This document shows positions 46,401-58,764 of a stretch of DNA of 64,000 bases, in pieces. The first letter of the stretch is position 1, and each line of letters starts with the position of its first letter. The position numbers and the translations under genes were made by a program. This DNA comes from Macrostomum lignano. Taxonomy: Eukaryota. The notes beneath the pieces were generated by a model. The model saw only the letters and a program-made list of their open reading frames with translations. It did no database searches and was not told the DNA's origin. Location: positions 1,116,001 to 1,180,000 of the forward strand of contig NIVC01000061.1 of assembly GCA_002269645.1 (NCBI GenBank). The letters are read 5' to 3'.

Positions 46401-48883
46401 TAAACCATAGACTACACATAAAATAGGATAGACCATAGACTACAAATAAAATAGGATAAACCATAGACTACACATAAAATAGGATAGACCATAGGCTACA
46501 CATAAAATAGGATAGACCATAGACTACACATAAAATAGGATATACCATGGACACATAAAAAGGATAGACCGGACACTCACCTGTCGGGTTCAATATCTCC
46601 ATGAATTTTGACGCACACATTTTCAATATCTTTCAAAAAATTCTCCTGATTCACCACCAGCCGCAGTTGTTGATCGCCGGACATTTTCGGGCCCAATCGC
46701 ATCGGCCGGCTGAGGTTCATCCCGCTGATGCGGACTCGCCAATCCTCCGGCGCCAGGGCGCCCTCCAGTCTGTCAATGATCTCTCGGGCGTCTGCGTAGC
46801 CAATCTGCAGTGCATAACCGGAGTCTGTTGACTGTCTAACAGGACTCTCTTGACTGTCTAACAGGACTCTCTTGACTGTCTAACAGGACTCTCTTGACTG
46901 TCTAACAGGACTCTCTTGACTGTCTAACAGGACTCTCTTGACTGTCTAACAGGACTCTCTTGACTGTCTAACAGGACTCTCTTGACTGTCTAACAGGACT
47001 CTCTTGACTGTCTAACAGGACTCTCTTGACTGTCTAACAGGACTCTCTTGACTGTCTAACAGGACTCTCTTGACTGTCTAACAGGACTTTCTTGACTGTC
47101 TAACAGGTCAGAGCCTGCAGCAAAACCCACCGGATACATTGGCAGCGGCGGGCAGACTCCCCTAGCAACGGCGTCGTATCGATAGGCGGTCGCCAAGGAC
47201 GGATATCCGGGAGTCGTCGGATCTCCGGATGACAGCATGGCGGAGCCCTTCTGCGTTCCCGTGCCCGGCATCCACTGGCCGTTTGGGAAGGCGGCGCTCT
47301 GGTTTTTGGCCACGTCGGCCGGGTCGGAGAAGATGAGCACTCCGGCCGCGCCGTACTTGGCAGCCGTGACCGCCTTGGCGCCGCGGCCCGAGCGACCGTA
47401 TCTAGACAAGGGGAGGGGTTTGTTAGAAAGCAGTGCTGCCTAGAATGCAGTCTGTGTTAAATATATAGTCTAGATTGCTTCGTGGAATACTGTGTACTGC
47501 ATTGAAAACAAGATGCCATAGAATGTTTGCACTGGATTCTTAGAAAGTTTTATTGCTAGGGTAAGGTGGATTGTCAGAATGTTGCGTGTATTGATTAGAT
47601 AGTTTCTTAGAATGTACATTTAGCTGTACATGGGATTGCTTGTTTTCCCAGAAAGTAGCATTGATTTCTTAGAAATCGACAGTTTGTTAGCCAGGTACAT
47701 GTAGGTGTTTCTTAGAATGAACTGTGTTTTTTTACTCCGGCCCTGTCTCTTGGTGGGCGCTCCTGTCTCTTGTTGGGCGCCCCTGTCTCTTGGTGGGCGC
47801 TCCTGTCTCTTGTTGGGCGCCCCTGTCTCTTGTTGGGCGCCCCTGTCTCTTGTTGGGCGCCCCTGTCTCTTGTTGGGCGCCCCTGTCTCTTGTTGGGCGC
47901 CCCTGTCTCTTGTTGGGCGCCCCTGTCTCTTGTTGGGCGCCCCTGTCTCTTGTTGGGCGCCCCTGTCTCTTGTTGGGCGCCCCTGTCTCTTGTTGGGCGC
48001 CCCTGTCTCTTGTTGGGCGCCCCTGTCTCTTGTTGGGCGCTCCTGTCTCTTGTTGGGCGCCCCTGTCTCTTGTTGGGCGCCCCTGTCTCTTGTTGGGCGC
48101 CCCTGTCTCTTGTCTCTTGTCCAAGAGGTGGCAAAAGTTGAGCTCCTCTAGTTTTGGAGGAGCGCAATTTCTTCGGGGGGGGGGGCATTCTGACCCCCTC
48201 CAACGTACGCCACTGCCTGAAACGAACCTGGTGAGCAGGATGGAACCATTGAGGCTGATTGACAAGTTCTTGGTGAGATGCTGCAGATCAGCCTCCGTGC
48301 CGTAATTAGCGTACACAGCCGGCCCGGTGAGGTCACCGGAAGGCGCATACGCGAGAATCGGGCTAGGGATGTCCGTGTCATTGTCGTGCTCAGTCAGCGG
48401 CTTCTCCACCGTCTGGCTGGTGAAGTCAACCCGGCTATTGTTTGCGGATCGAATTTCGAATCGAGTTTTCTCGCCGTCCAGCTTCGCCCTTGAGAGTAGA
48501 ACTCGATAGACATGGCTGACCATCTGCACCCGGTCTTTGTGCGCCTGGAAAGTCTTTGTCCAGTGCGACTTCACGTAGTCTTTGGCGGGATCGGTGGCCT
48601 GCGTGGCCACGTGCGGCCTGGCGGTGATGGCCTTCAGGTGGGCTCGGATCCTCGCCGAGCTCAGCTGGCCCAGGGCTGCGTCCCGGATGCTGGGATCGGC
48701 CTCGCGGATCAGACGGGCAAAGGCCTCGCCGTCGCCACCGCCTCCGCCGCTGTCGCATCGGCGAACAAAGAAGCCAATGATGAGGAAGATGGTGCCCACC
48801 ATGAGGCACAGGGCCACGATGAGGGCTACGCGGCCCTTGGAGCAGGACTGCTTCTGCGTCTGCCAGTAGGACTTCGCGCGCAT
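40417..48883 (-). CDS. FOLH1/NAALAD2-like: Glutamate carboxypeptidase II / NAALADase (peptidase M28B) family type II membrane protein, 753 aa, 7 exons
   Basis: Phase-consistent exons 48883-48228, 47401-47131, 46804-46581, 45792-45570, 44971-44655, 41875-41614, 40725-40417 (2262 nt). N-terminal TM; PA domain (VYANYGT..D, RYG..RG.K..A, GVLIFSDPAD); Zn ligands GNHRDAW, AVDPSSG, WDGEE, YVNID, YPMYH; TfR-like dimerisation domain (RRIND, FPGL). Confidence 0.93.
40822..41390. repeat. 35-bp minisatellite in peptidase intron 6
   Basis: GACAATGGTAGATTGTGTCT(G/A)TGGCTTTGG(G/A)GTCA. Confidence 0.95.
41964..42652. repeat. 46-bp minisatellite, ~15 copies, peptidase intron 5
   Basis: GAGGATTGTGGGCACTTTATTGAGACATCGTCCCGCA(A/G)CCAGCGCT. 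Confidence 0.95.
42853..44650. repeat. ~1.8-kb (TCAC)n microsatellite, peptidase intron 5
   Basis: Direct tandem TCAC with TAAC/TTAC/ACAC variants; the block ACTAACTAACTCACGATCACAC recurs three times. Confidence 0.97.
45010..45475. repeat. 21-bp minisatellite, peptidase intron 4
   Basis: GACTTGATGCACCGGAGAATA. Confidence 0.95.
46070..46550. repeat. 28-bp minisatellite, peptidase intron 3
   Basis: ACCATAGACTACA(C/A)ATAAAATAGGATA(A/G). Confidence 0.95.
46830..47106. repeat. 22-bp minisatellite, peptidase intron 2
   Basis: GACTGTCTAACAGGACTCTCTT. Confidence 0.95.
47741..48115. repeat. 20-bp minisatellite, peptidase intron 1
   Basis: TCTCTTGTTGGGCGCCCCTG. Confidence 0.95.
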
Positions 48884-49457
48884 GTTCTTCGCCGAGAAGG
48901 TTTTGTGCTCGAATCCGATAACAAACACTTGGCCTGTACGAGAGCTTAGGCAGCGCTGGCAGTATATCAGTGCCCAGCTGTGACCTTTGAACACGCTGCA
49001 GCCGTATGGGGGCTGCGCAGTTAAGCTGCTATGGGTTCAGCCAAGGACTTTTAGGGAAACAGCACCAGTGGACTGGAAACACGTCTAAACGCGACCCGAT
49101 TTTGACGCCTAGTTTGGAAGATATTTCTTAGGCCAGCTACTATTCCCAGAAGTCCTTGGTACGGCTAGGGCGAGGAAGCAGGGGCGACTCTTAAATTTCT
49201 TATTGCAGGGCTTCAGATAAGAGCTGCTTTCTGCGTGCAGCTCAGTGACTTTGGCACTGTGGGGCAGACTTGGTCTCTTATCGAAGCGAATATCGCTTGA
49301 AGTTTTCTCGTTTTTTTCATTCCATTCTACCGGCTTTTACAATTCGCAAGACCTCGGATTGCTGTCGACTTTGAGTGACTCAAAAAACAAAAATATTATT
49401 TTATTTTTTCTGGCTTTATCGCCACTTGCTCCAATTTAAACGGCCATTGTTGTAAAC

Positions 49458-49662
49458 AGGTAGACCTCAGTCCGGGTAGACCTCGGTCAGGTACAGGTAG
49501 ACAGTCAGTCAGGTAGACATCAGTCAGGTAGACAGTCAGTCAGGTAGACATCAGACAGGTAGACATCAGACAGGTAGACATCAGACAGGTAGACATCAGT
49601 CAGGTAGACATCAGACAGGTAGACATCAGACAGGTAGACATCAGTCAGGTAGACATCAGTCA
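49458..49662. repeat. 15-bp minisatellite (intergenic)
   Basis: CAGGTAGACATCAG(T/A). Confidence 0.9.
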
Positions 49663-50257
49663 TTCAAACAAAATGTCTAGATTCAAACCAAACATAGATC
49701 ATATAATAATTTCAAGCCAAGACAAAAAACGGAAAAAATACAGATTTAAGCTATTTGTATTAGTAAGCAGCGCAGTTATTGCTACTTATAAAGTTTCTCA
49801 AAAGCATCAGTTACTATCAGTAGTAAGATATTGTCGACGAAAATGTTTTATTTCAACAACGGGTGCGATAGAAAACAGCTTTTGCTAAGCAAAAAAAGAG
49901 AGATTAATTATCCAGTAGTAGTAATTGACAGGTAGGTTTACATACTCAGAATCACAGACCACAAAGACGAAAGATTAATATAAAAATACTAAGCATTAGG
50001 CAGTAACGCATTTTTACAAACTGCATAAAGGACAATTGTAAAAGTACTCTGACATAAAGCTTTTTAATATAAAATTGCCTAATTTACATATTTCATCACT
50101 CTCAAACTAATAAAAAAGTGGTTTTATATAAATAATTGCTTGAACAACATTAATAACAAAGAACAATAGCTGCAATCCTATGCAAATAATTGCTACCGGC
50201 TTTGTGAAACCTTTGACTAGATAAAAGTACGGGTGCCTTGCCAGTATTCATCATGAC

Positions 50258-50825
50258 TATGGCGCCAAATGGGTCATGATGGCACCCAATTGGTCATGAT
50301 GGGGCCAAATGGGTCATAGTAAGACCAAATTTGTCATGAGGGCGCCAAATGGGTCATAGTAAGACCAAATGGGTCATGAGGGCGCCAAATGGGTCATAGT
50401 AAGACCAAACGGATCATGATAGCGCCGAATGGGTCATGATGGCGCCAAATGGGTCATAGTAAGACCAAAGGGGTCATGATGACGCCAAATGAGTCCCGAT
50501 GGCGCCAAATGGGTCATGATGGCGCCAAATTGGTCATGATGGCGCCAAATGGGTCATAGTAAGACCAAATTGATCATGATGGCGCCAAATGGGTCATAGT
50601 AAGACCAAATTGGTCATGATGGCGCCAAATGGGTCATAGTAAGACCAAATGGGTCATGAGGGCGCCAAATGGGTCATAGTAAGACCAAACGGATCATGAT
50701 AGCGCCGAATGGGTCATGATGGCGCCAAATGGGTCATAGTAAGACCAAAGGGGTCATGATGACGCCAAATGAGTCCCGATGGCGTCAAATGTGTCTTGAT
50801 GGCGCCAAATGGGTCATGATGGCGC
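50258..50825. repeat. 20-bp two-variant minisatellite (intergenic)
   Basis: Alternating GGCGCCAAATGGGTCATGAT / AAGACCAAATGGGTCATAGT-type units. Confidence 0.9.
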
Positions 50826-51179
50826 TGAAAAGTCTTTTAGTAGTGCCAATTCTTTTAAACTGGTACCAAGTGGCTTTTAGAGGTGCCAAAACTTAAGTCT
50901 TAGGTTTCGGGAAATTAAAACGTCGCCTTATTGATAGTAATTGTATTCAACACAACAAAAAGTTTAACATAGAAAAGCATGCTTAGTACGCTCGTAATAT
51001 TTTTTCAGTAAGGGACAATGTCTCGGCGGAGGAACTATAGAGCAATCTCTTGAATTCTCTGCTCAGATATAATGTTCACGAAAACTTTAAAAAATTCACC
51101 GTATGCGTTAGCCGTGCGTTTAACAGAGTTGGGTGCCTCTTGAAGAATATTCACATTCGAAAGTCACGGAGGTTAAGGG

Positions 51180-51538
51180 TGGAGGTCCCGAAGGTTGGAG
51201 GTCCCGAAGGTTGGAGGTCCCGAAGGTTGGAGGTCCCGAAGGGTGGAGGTCCCGAAAGTTGGAGGTCCCGAAGGTTGGAGGCCCCGAAGGGTGGAGGTCC
51301 CGAAGGTTGGAGGCCCCGAAGGGTGGAGGTCCCGAAGGTTGGAGGCCCCGAAGGGTGGAGGTCCCGAAGGTTGGAGGTCCCGAAGGTTGGAGGTCCCGAA
51401 GGGTGGAGGTCCCGAAGGGTGGAGGTCCCGAAGGGTGGAGGTCCCGAAGGGTGGAGGTCCCGAAGGTTGGAGGTCCCGAAGGCTGGAAGTCCCGAAGGTT
51501 GGAGGTCCCGAAGGCTGGAAGTCCCGAAGGTTGGAGGT
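51180..51538. repeat. 16-bp minisatellite downstream of flotillin
   Basis: TGGAGGTCCCGAAGG(T/G). Confidence 0.95.
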
Positions 51539-51697
51539 GCAGAAATCATCTGGTTGAGAGTTGAAACACTGCAGGTCGAGACAGTTAGAGGCTAAATACC
51601 ATTGAGGATGGCATTAATCCTTCAAATTACAAAATCGTGTCCAGAAAAATTCCTCAAAGAAACTTATCGCCCCCAGGCCAGGATTCGAACTACGCAC

Positions 51698-54600
51698 CTA
51701 CGCGGTCTGTAGGCCGGCCAGTTTTCCTACGGCGCCGCTCACGTCGACTCCGGTGAGGGCCTGCACGGCCGGCGGCAGGTTGCTCAGCAGGCGGGACACC
51801 TCCGAGGTGGTGCGGTCGTCGCCAAGGACCACAATTTCGTCAATCTTGGACAGCGGGGCGGCCACTTCGGCGGCCACGCGCGGCAGAGCCTCCAGGCTCA
51901 TCTCCAGGATGGCCGCGTCGCCGTAGGCTCGGTAGGCCGCCGCCTTCAGCCGCATCTCCTCGGCTTGGGCGCGGCCGACGGCGCCAATCGAGGCGGCTTC
52001 GGCAGCACCGCGGGCGCGGATGGCCTCGGCCTCGGCCTGCGCCACCTTGACCCGGCGGAAGCGTTCGCCTTCGGCCACGGTTTGCACCTGCGGAGTGGCG
52101 AATGGCAGTCTGGTGCGATCCGGTGTGATCTAGTGTGATATAGTGTGATCTAGTGTGATCTAGTGTGATCTAGTGTGATCTAGTATGATCTAGTGTGATC
52201 TAGTGTGATCTAGTATGATCTAGTGTGATCTAGTGTGATCTAGTGTGATCTAGTGTGATCTAGTGTGATCTAGTGTGATATAGTGTGATCTAGTGTGATC
52301 TAGTGTGATCTAGTGTGATCTAGTGTGATCTAGTGTGTTCTAGTGTGATCTAGTGTGATCTAGTGTGTTCTAGTGTGATCTAGTATGATCTAGTATGATC
52401 TAGTGTGTTCTAGTGTGATATAGTGCGATCTAGTATGATCTAGTGTGATCTAGTGTGATCTAGTATGATCTAGTGTGATCTAGTGTGATCTAGTGTGATC
52501 TAGTATGATCTAGTGTGATCTAGTGTGATCTAGTGTGATCTAGTGTGATCTAGTGTGATCTAGTGTGATCTAGTGTGTTCTAGTGTGATATAGTGTGATC
52601 TAGTGTGATCTAGTGTGATCTAGTGTGATCTAGTGTGATCTAGTATGATCTAGTGTGATCTAGTGTGATCTAGTGTGATCTAGTGTGATATAGTGTGATC
52701 TAGTGTGATCTAGTGTGATCTAGTGTGATCTAGTGTGATCTATCGAGCATGTACATGTCCGCCTTTTCGTGTATCAATCTACGAATTTCCCTGACCTTGA
52801 AGGCCTCGGCCTCAGCCGGCCGCCTGATGCTGCCGTCCAGCTCCTTCTCGTTGCGCACAATTTCTTTCTCCTCGATTTCGATCAGCTTGCGCTTCTCGCG
52901 CACCTCGATTTCGATTTCCTCGGCGCGAATCTTCTGGCGCTCCTTGGCGCCCTGCAGGCTGTAGGCCAGCTCGGACTCCGCCTTGGCCTTGTTCACCTGC
53001 GGTTCCAAGGCGGTGCTGGTGCCGTGAGCCCGGCCACAATGACCCCAGTTACCCTGGTCCCAATGATCCCCAGTTACCCCGGTCCCAATGATCCCCAGTT
53101 ACCCCGGTCCCAATGATCCCCAGTTACCCCGGTCCCAATGATCCCCAGTTACCCCGGTCCCAATGATCCCCAGTTACCCAGGCCACAATGACCCCAGTTA
53201 CCCCGGTCCCAATGATCCCCAGTTACCCCGGTCCCAATGATCCCCAGTTACCCCGGTCCCAATGATCTTCAGTTACACAGGCCACAATGACCCCAGTTAC
53301 CCCGGTCCCAATGACTCCAGTTACCCAGGCCACAATGACCCCAGTTACCCCGGTCCCAATGATCCCCAGTTACCCCGGTCCCAATGATCCCCAGTTACCC
53401 CGGTCCCAATGATCCCCAGTTACCCCGGTCCCAATGATCCCCAGTTACCCCGGTCCCAATGATCTTCAGTTACCACGGTCCCAATGATCTTTAGTTACCC
53501 CGGTCCCAATGAGCTTCAGTTACCCAGGTCCCGATGACCTTTAGTTACCCCGGTCTCAATGACCCCCAGTTACCCCGGTCCCAATGATTCTCAGTTACCC
53601 CGGTCCCAAGGATCTTTAGTTACCCCGGTCCCAATGATCTCCAGTTACCCCGGTCCCAATGACCCCAGTCACCCCGGTCCCAATGACCCCTAGTTACCCC
53701 AGTCCCAATGATCTCCAGTTACCTTAGTCCCAATGACCCCCAGTTACCCCGGTCCAAGTGACCCCCTGTTACTCCGTTTACCCTGGTGGGCACAAACCTC
53801 GGTGTCAAAGGCGGCCTTCTTCATCTGGAACTGTCTGGCGCTGTCAGCGATCTGCGAGTCGGCGACGTACTTCACGTCCAGGCGAGCCCGCTCGGACTCG
53901 GCCTCCTTGATGCCGGCGTCCCGCTCCGCCTGAGCCACCCCGATGTCGGCGTCACGCTTGACGTTGGCCACCTGGGTGCGGCCGAGGCTGTTGAGGTACT
54001 CGACCTTGTCGTAGACGTCCTTGATGGTGAAGGACAGAATCTCGATGCCCATCCGGCCAACATCCGGAGCGGCCATCTCGCGAACCAGATCGGCGAAGCG
54101 GTCGCGATCCTTGTAGATGGACTCCACCGACAGGGTGCCGAGGATGGCGCGCAGGTGGCCCTCCATGGTCTGCAGGATTGAGTTCTCGATTTCTCGGCGA
54201 CTTTTGCCCAGAAACTGTTGGCAGGCAGTCTGCAGCAGCTCGCTGTCCGTCATCACCTTGATCTGGGCCACGCCTTTGGGGGTTTCGGGAGATTGGGTAT
54301 AGTGTTGAGTACTATATGCTTTTTAAAGGTGACAAAAGTCTTTAATGCTTTTCCTCATAAGCTGTTGAAAAGCCATTAACCTGATGTTAACCAAACCATT
54401 AAGGTAATAAAGGTAAATTGGAATCACGGATCGCTAAGTATCGTGGAACCCTAAGGAGTATCATATGGATCCTAATTAGTATCGTGGATCCCTAATTAGT
54501 ATCGTGGAACCCTAATCAGTATAATGGATCCCTAATTAGTACCGTGGAACCCTAATCAGTATCATGGATCCCTAATTAGTATCGTGGAACCCTAAGGAGT

Positions 54601-57238
54601 ATCATGGATCCCTAATTAGTATCGTGGAACCCTAATCAGTATCATGGATCCCTAATTAGTATCGTGGAACCCTAATCAGTATCATGGATCCCTAATTAGT
54701 ATCGTGGAACCCTAAGGAGTATCATGGATCCCTAATTAGTATCGTGGAACCCTAAGGAGTATCATGGATCCCTAATTAGTATCGTGGATCCCTAAGGAGT
54801 ATCATGGATCCCTAATTAGTATCGTGGATCCCTAATTAGTATCGTGGAACCCTAATCAGTATCATGGATCCCTAATTAGTACCGTGGAACCCTAATCAGT
54901 ATCATGGAGTCTTAATGAATATTGCAGAACCCTAGTTAGTGGTGATGCTCTTTAAGACCTGTACACAGTGTTGTGGATTCCGAGTAAGCTTCATGAACCT
55001 CTAGTCAGAGCCATGGACCCCTAATTTTAGACCATCAGGCAAGCCCAGTTGACAGCTGCCTCACCAGTGACCGTGACCGGCACGCCCTCGGATGTTTCCA
55101 CATTCTCGCACACCGGAGTCAGCGTCATCACTTCCAGCGTCAGCCTGCGCAAAAGTAGATTGCAACAGTAGAGTCCATAATGGAATAGAAGCACTATAAA
55201 ATATGCTTCAGATACTACTGTCAGCTCACGTTTGAACTTCGGTGACCCACCACCAGGCCCAGCCCCAACCGCCGATCACGGTACGAACGGACTGATCGCC
55301 GCAGCAGCCACCTGAGTGATGAGGCAGATATGGGGCGGATTAAACAAATTCTAGGTACTTAAAGACACATGCGTTGCTAAGGAACGACAAATTAGCCTGG
55401 GATGAATTAAGTTAGCTATAAATAGACAAAGTCAATAGAGGGTTTTATTATTCACCCGCTCACAGCCCAGCTAGTCCGGTATGCAAACCGGTTGTCATGG
55501 CAACCCGACTGCAGGTAATCTATTAAAGCCCTACGTGAGCGCACACACACACACACACACAGCAAACTCTTGCTCTGATTGTGTGGACGCAGATGCTTTG
55601 AGAGCAGGGGGAAGTAAGCATTGCTACCCTTCGGCACAGCAAAGCTTAGCAAACAGAGAAGTAATGAGAGGGGGCTGAGGCCTGCTCTTCGCTCCATGCG
55701 GATGAACAGAGACGGGGGCAATGAACGGCAAGTGTTTTGGATTTCTGAATGCTTCTTTCCGAAGGTGCCAATTGAAATCATGGGTTTAACCATGGGCAAA
55801 ATGCATTGGCAACTGGGATTTTATTAGGCGTCAGAATCCCAAGATTCCAGATTCCAAAGTTTTTTTTAACTCAACATTAAAGCAGCTTCATTTGTGCTAC
55901 TGAACGGAAAGATCTATTTGAAGATATCGTCTGCAGGCAGCAGTCACCGCCCGCAGACGATGTACTCCGCTATGCCAAGATACATTTGACGCATGGCACC
56001 GAAAGACGGCGGCAGCAGGGAAGAGAAAAAATGTGGAAAATCGATACTCCAGAATGCTGTCGCCTGAGCTGGCTAAAAATAGGCACAGCAGTGTACTCTG
56101 CCCATTTCGCTGAGCTGCAAAAGAAGATCGCTCCCACCAGGCACCCCGCTTCCCTCGCAATTCATCCCAGACCTCGCAGTCTTTCTCTGCCCCAGTTTTC
56201 CTCACCCACTCACTGCTCAAGGCTCAGCAACCGTTGCTGAAGTGCGCTGGCACCCCATTTGGCTTGAGCTCTCACTGCCTCTCTCCTGCCCGCTACCACC
56301 GAGTCTCAACTGTCACGGAGAGGGAGATTTTGACCAAGGACGCGGTGACGATTCGCCTGCGCAAATAATGCTCCTATCTCTAACAGATTAGCAACTATTG
56401 GTAACACTATTAATATTAATAGCAGGAGTATATAGGCTCAGTAAGTCCACTATATCATAAAGAATATTTCCCTCAGTTTGTTGAAATATCAGGGACTTAA
56501 TATAATCGGTTTTAAACAAAGGAGATCTGCTCAGAACAAAGTTTAAATTTCGTAAATGCATGAGATAAAACTATGAGTGACATCATTTTAGAAGTTTTGT
56601 GTTTTTCTACACAAAGTTTTAATTTTGATATCATAGTTGATAAAGGCAAAAAGTGCAAAATATTTCATGTAAAGTGTATTTGACTAGCAAATTCATGTAG
56701 ATAGTATATATTGAAAGTCAAGTATGAAATAATGAACCAACAATGAAAGTGTATTCTTAAATACAATATTTTTGAATAAGTTTTATTCGTCTTTAAGGCA
56801 GAATTACACTTGTAGCTACCAAAATACTAAATAGCTCTTCAAAATTGTCATATATACTTCAAAAATGCTTTCCAATAGTAGACTACTAATCTGCTTATGC
56901 TTCAAACCATTCACACATATTTTAAACTAATAAATAAATAAACGAATCCTTCATAAAAAATAGACAGCATAAATGATACTATAAACTCCAAACTACTTGA
57001 AAATGTCAAAAAACACGATTAATTAACTTAATTATTAAGACCCGAACATATTTAGTAATATGTACTAAATTCTTCATTAAAAAATACTCATTATTAGGCT
57101 TCAGTTACTTCCTAATCATCAAATTTTTACCGCTCTAAAATACATAAATGAAATCAGTCAATCAAAAAGAAAGGTTTGATATTGCTTACCTGAAATTACT
57201 AGTGCTTCATTTGGTCCAACAGTATGAATGTTTCCCAT
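51698..57238 (-). CDS. FLOT2: Flotillin-2 (reggie-1), 425 aa, 6 exons
   Basis: Exons 57238-57190 (MGNIHTVGPNEALVIS), 55311-55230 (GGCCG..GGWGWAWWWV), 55144-55065 (LEVMTL..VETSEGVPVTVT), 54273-53798 (GVAQIK..LEGHLRAILGTL..APDVGRMGIEILSFTIKDV), 52996-52796, 52087-51698 (AEAEAI..ALPRVAAEVAAPL); 1278 nt in frame. SPFH domain plus AEA coiled coil. Confidence 0.96.
52113..52742. repeat. 10-bp minisatellite, flotillin intron 5
   Basis: GATCTAGTGT, ~63 copies. Confidence 0.97.
53038..53745. repeat. 25-bp minisatellite, flotillin intron 4
   Basis: CCCCAGTTACCCCGGTCCCAATGAT. Confidence 0.95.
54440..54915. repeat. 19-20-bp minisatellite, flotillin intron 3
   Basis: CCCTAATTAGTATCGTGGA(A/T) alternating with CCCTAATCAGTATCATGGAT. 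Confidence 0.9.
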
Positions 57239-58764
57239 TTTCGTAGTTGTGTTTTCTTTTTATTTATTTTTTTAATAATTGCTTTATTTTAATAGAAAGA
57301 ACAGACTTGCAGTCTCAGCCTCAGGTCCGCGCTTAGCGACGGCCACTACTTATTTATTGCACTGCGATGAAATCAAAAGAAGTAAATTATCGAATATCAC
57401 GCAGTTAAAAACTAATTAATTGAAACTTTTATTTAAAAAAAAGGATGAAATTTTTTAAGAAGATCTTTATCGCCCACATTATGTTTTGTTCTTTTTTCTC
57501 TTGTTTTACTGTTATAAAATAAGCTAAAACTGTACGAGCAGTACCGTTAATAAAGTTATGGTCCACTAAAGAAGAAACGCTATCAAAACTATTTTTTAAG
57601 ATATCAAGTACGAATCATTAAGTAACTACGAGTAGAAAAGTAAAAATTCTCTCTTTTATGAAGTAAGTTTATCGTCTGTTGAGCTTTGTCGAGTACTCCA
57701 ATTAAACCCAAATTAAAATACTACAGATGTCAGTATAAAATATCGGGCGTCGTAACAATGTTTCGATAAGTACACCACGCACGTAGTACATGTAAATCAT
57801 ATAGTACAGCTAGTATTATTATAGTATTATAAAAATACACATTATAATTATCTACAATGTAATTAGCTCGTAGCTGATGATAGCCTGCTGCATGAGGTCC
57901 TTTCCTTAAACTTAAACGTGAAACTATCATGTAGTTGAAATCGATTTGCAGTTTAAGCCCCGACTCTGTCTAGTGCTTAGTTAAAAATCAGTCTTGCTAC
58001 GCATGATAGCTCTAACGTGGCAAATCCTGCTACATTAATTTAATGGAAGCCTTGAATGCTTTCGCATGCCCACTTACTTCGATCGTTTTGATCAATAAGT
58101 AAATTCAAGAATGCGAACAAGTCACATCGATATACATGTACGAGTAAATAAGTTTGATACATATTCATTCAATCCTACAACTGGTGTACAATAAAGTGAG
58201 AACGAAAAAGTTCTCATGAGGGTTTCGGAGAAAGTGCTCAGGCTGAGCTACATGAATACTTGAGCAAAAAACATACAGGCACACTTGGTGTTCATATACG
58301 CTCGTAAATACCTTTGAAGTTTCATTAAATTTGAGCTGATTGCACGTTCTGTACATGTATCCACACTGTAATAATCAGATCGAAGTTGCCAAACCGATAA
58401 TTATATCTATCCAATGCATGTGCACTTTATAAGATTGTCAAAATACAAGCATACGCTTTGCATTTCAGACTAATTGGCAGCACTATAACCCGGTGTGAAC
58501 AACACTTATCTTTAGTCTATGGCGAAAGTCTAATTTTCACTTAGAAACAACGCTTCCAGACACTCAATGCTTTGCTTGCCTTGCCCCCCAGCTTCCTACC
58601 GTAGCAAGTACAGTGAAAATCATTTTGCCCAGAGCAAGAATTTGAACTTTTTAGGCCACTTGCAGTTCGCAGCAGAACATCTCTCTACAAGGCGAAAGTA
58701 AGCCGCAAACGGAAGTAGCCATTCACGCGTGGTGCTCCAGCTAACTAACAACTTCCGTAACAAA

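Noticed and set aside
51665-51695. tRNA/SINE-like B-box (GTTCGAATCC on - strand) after the flotillin stop
   Set aside because: No A-box or cloverleaf; the upstream sequence is flotillin CDS.
55452-55799. Alternative first exon of flotillin-2
   Set aside because: The donor phase does not match exon 2 and there is no MGN myristoylation start; the true exon 1 is at 57190-57238.
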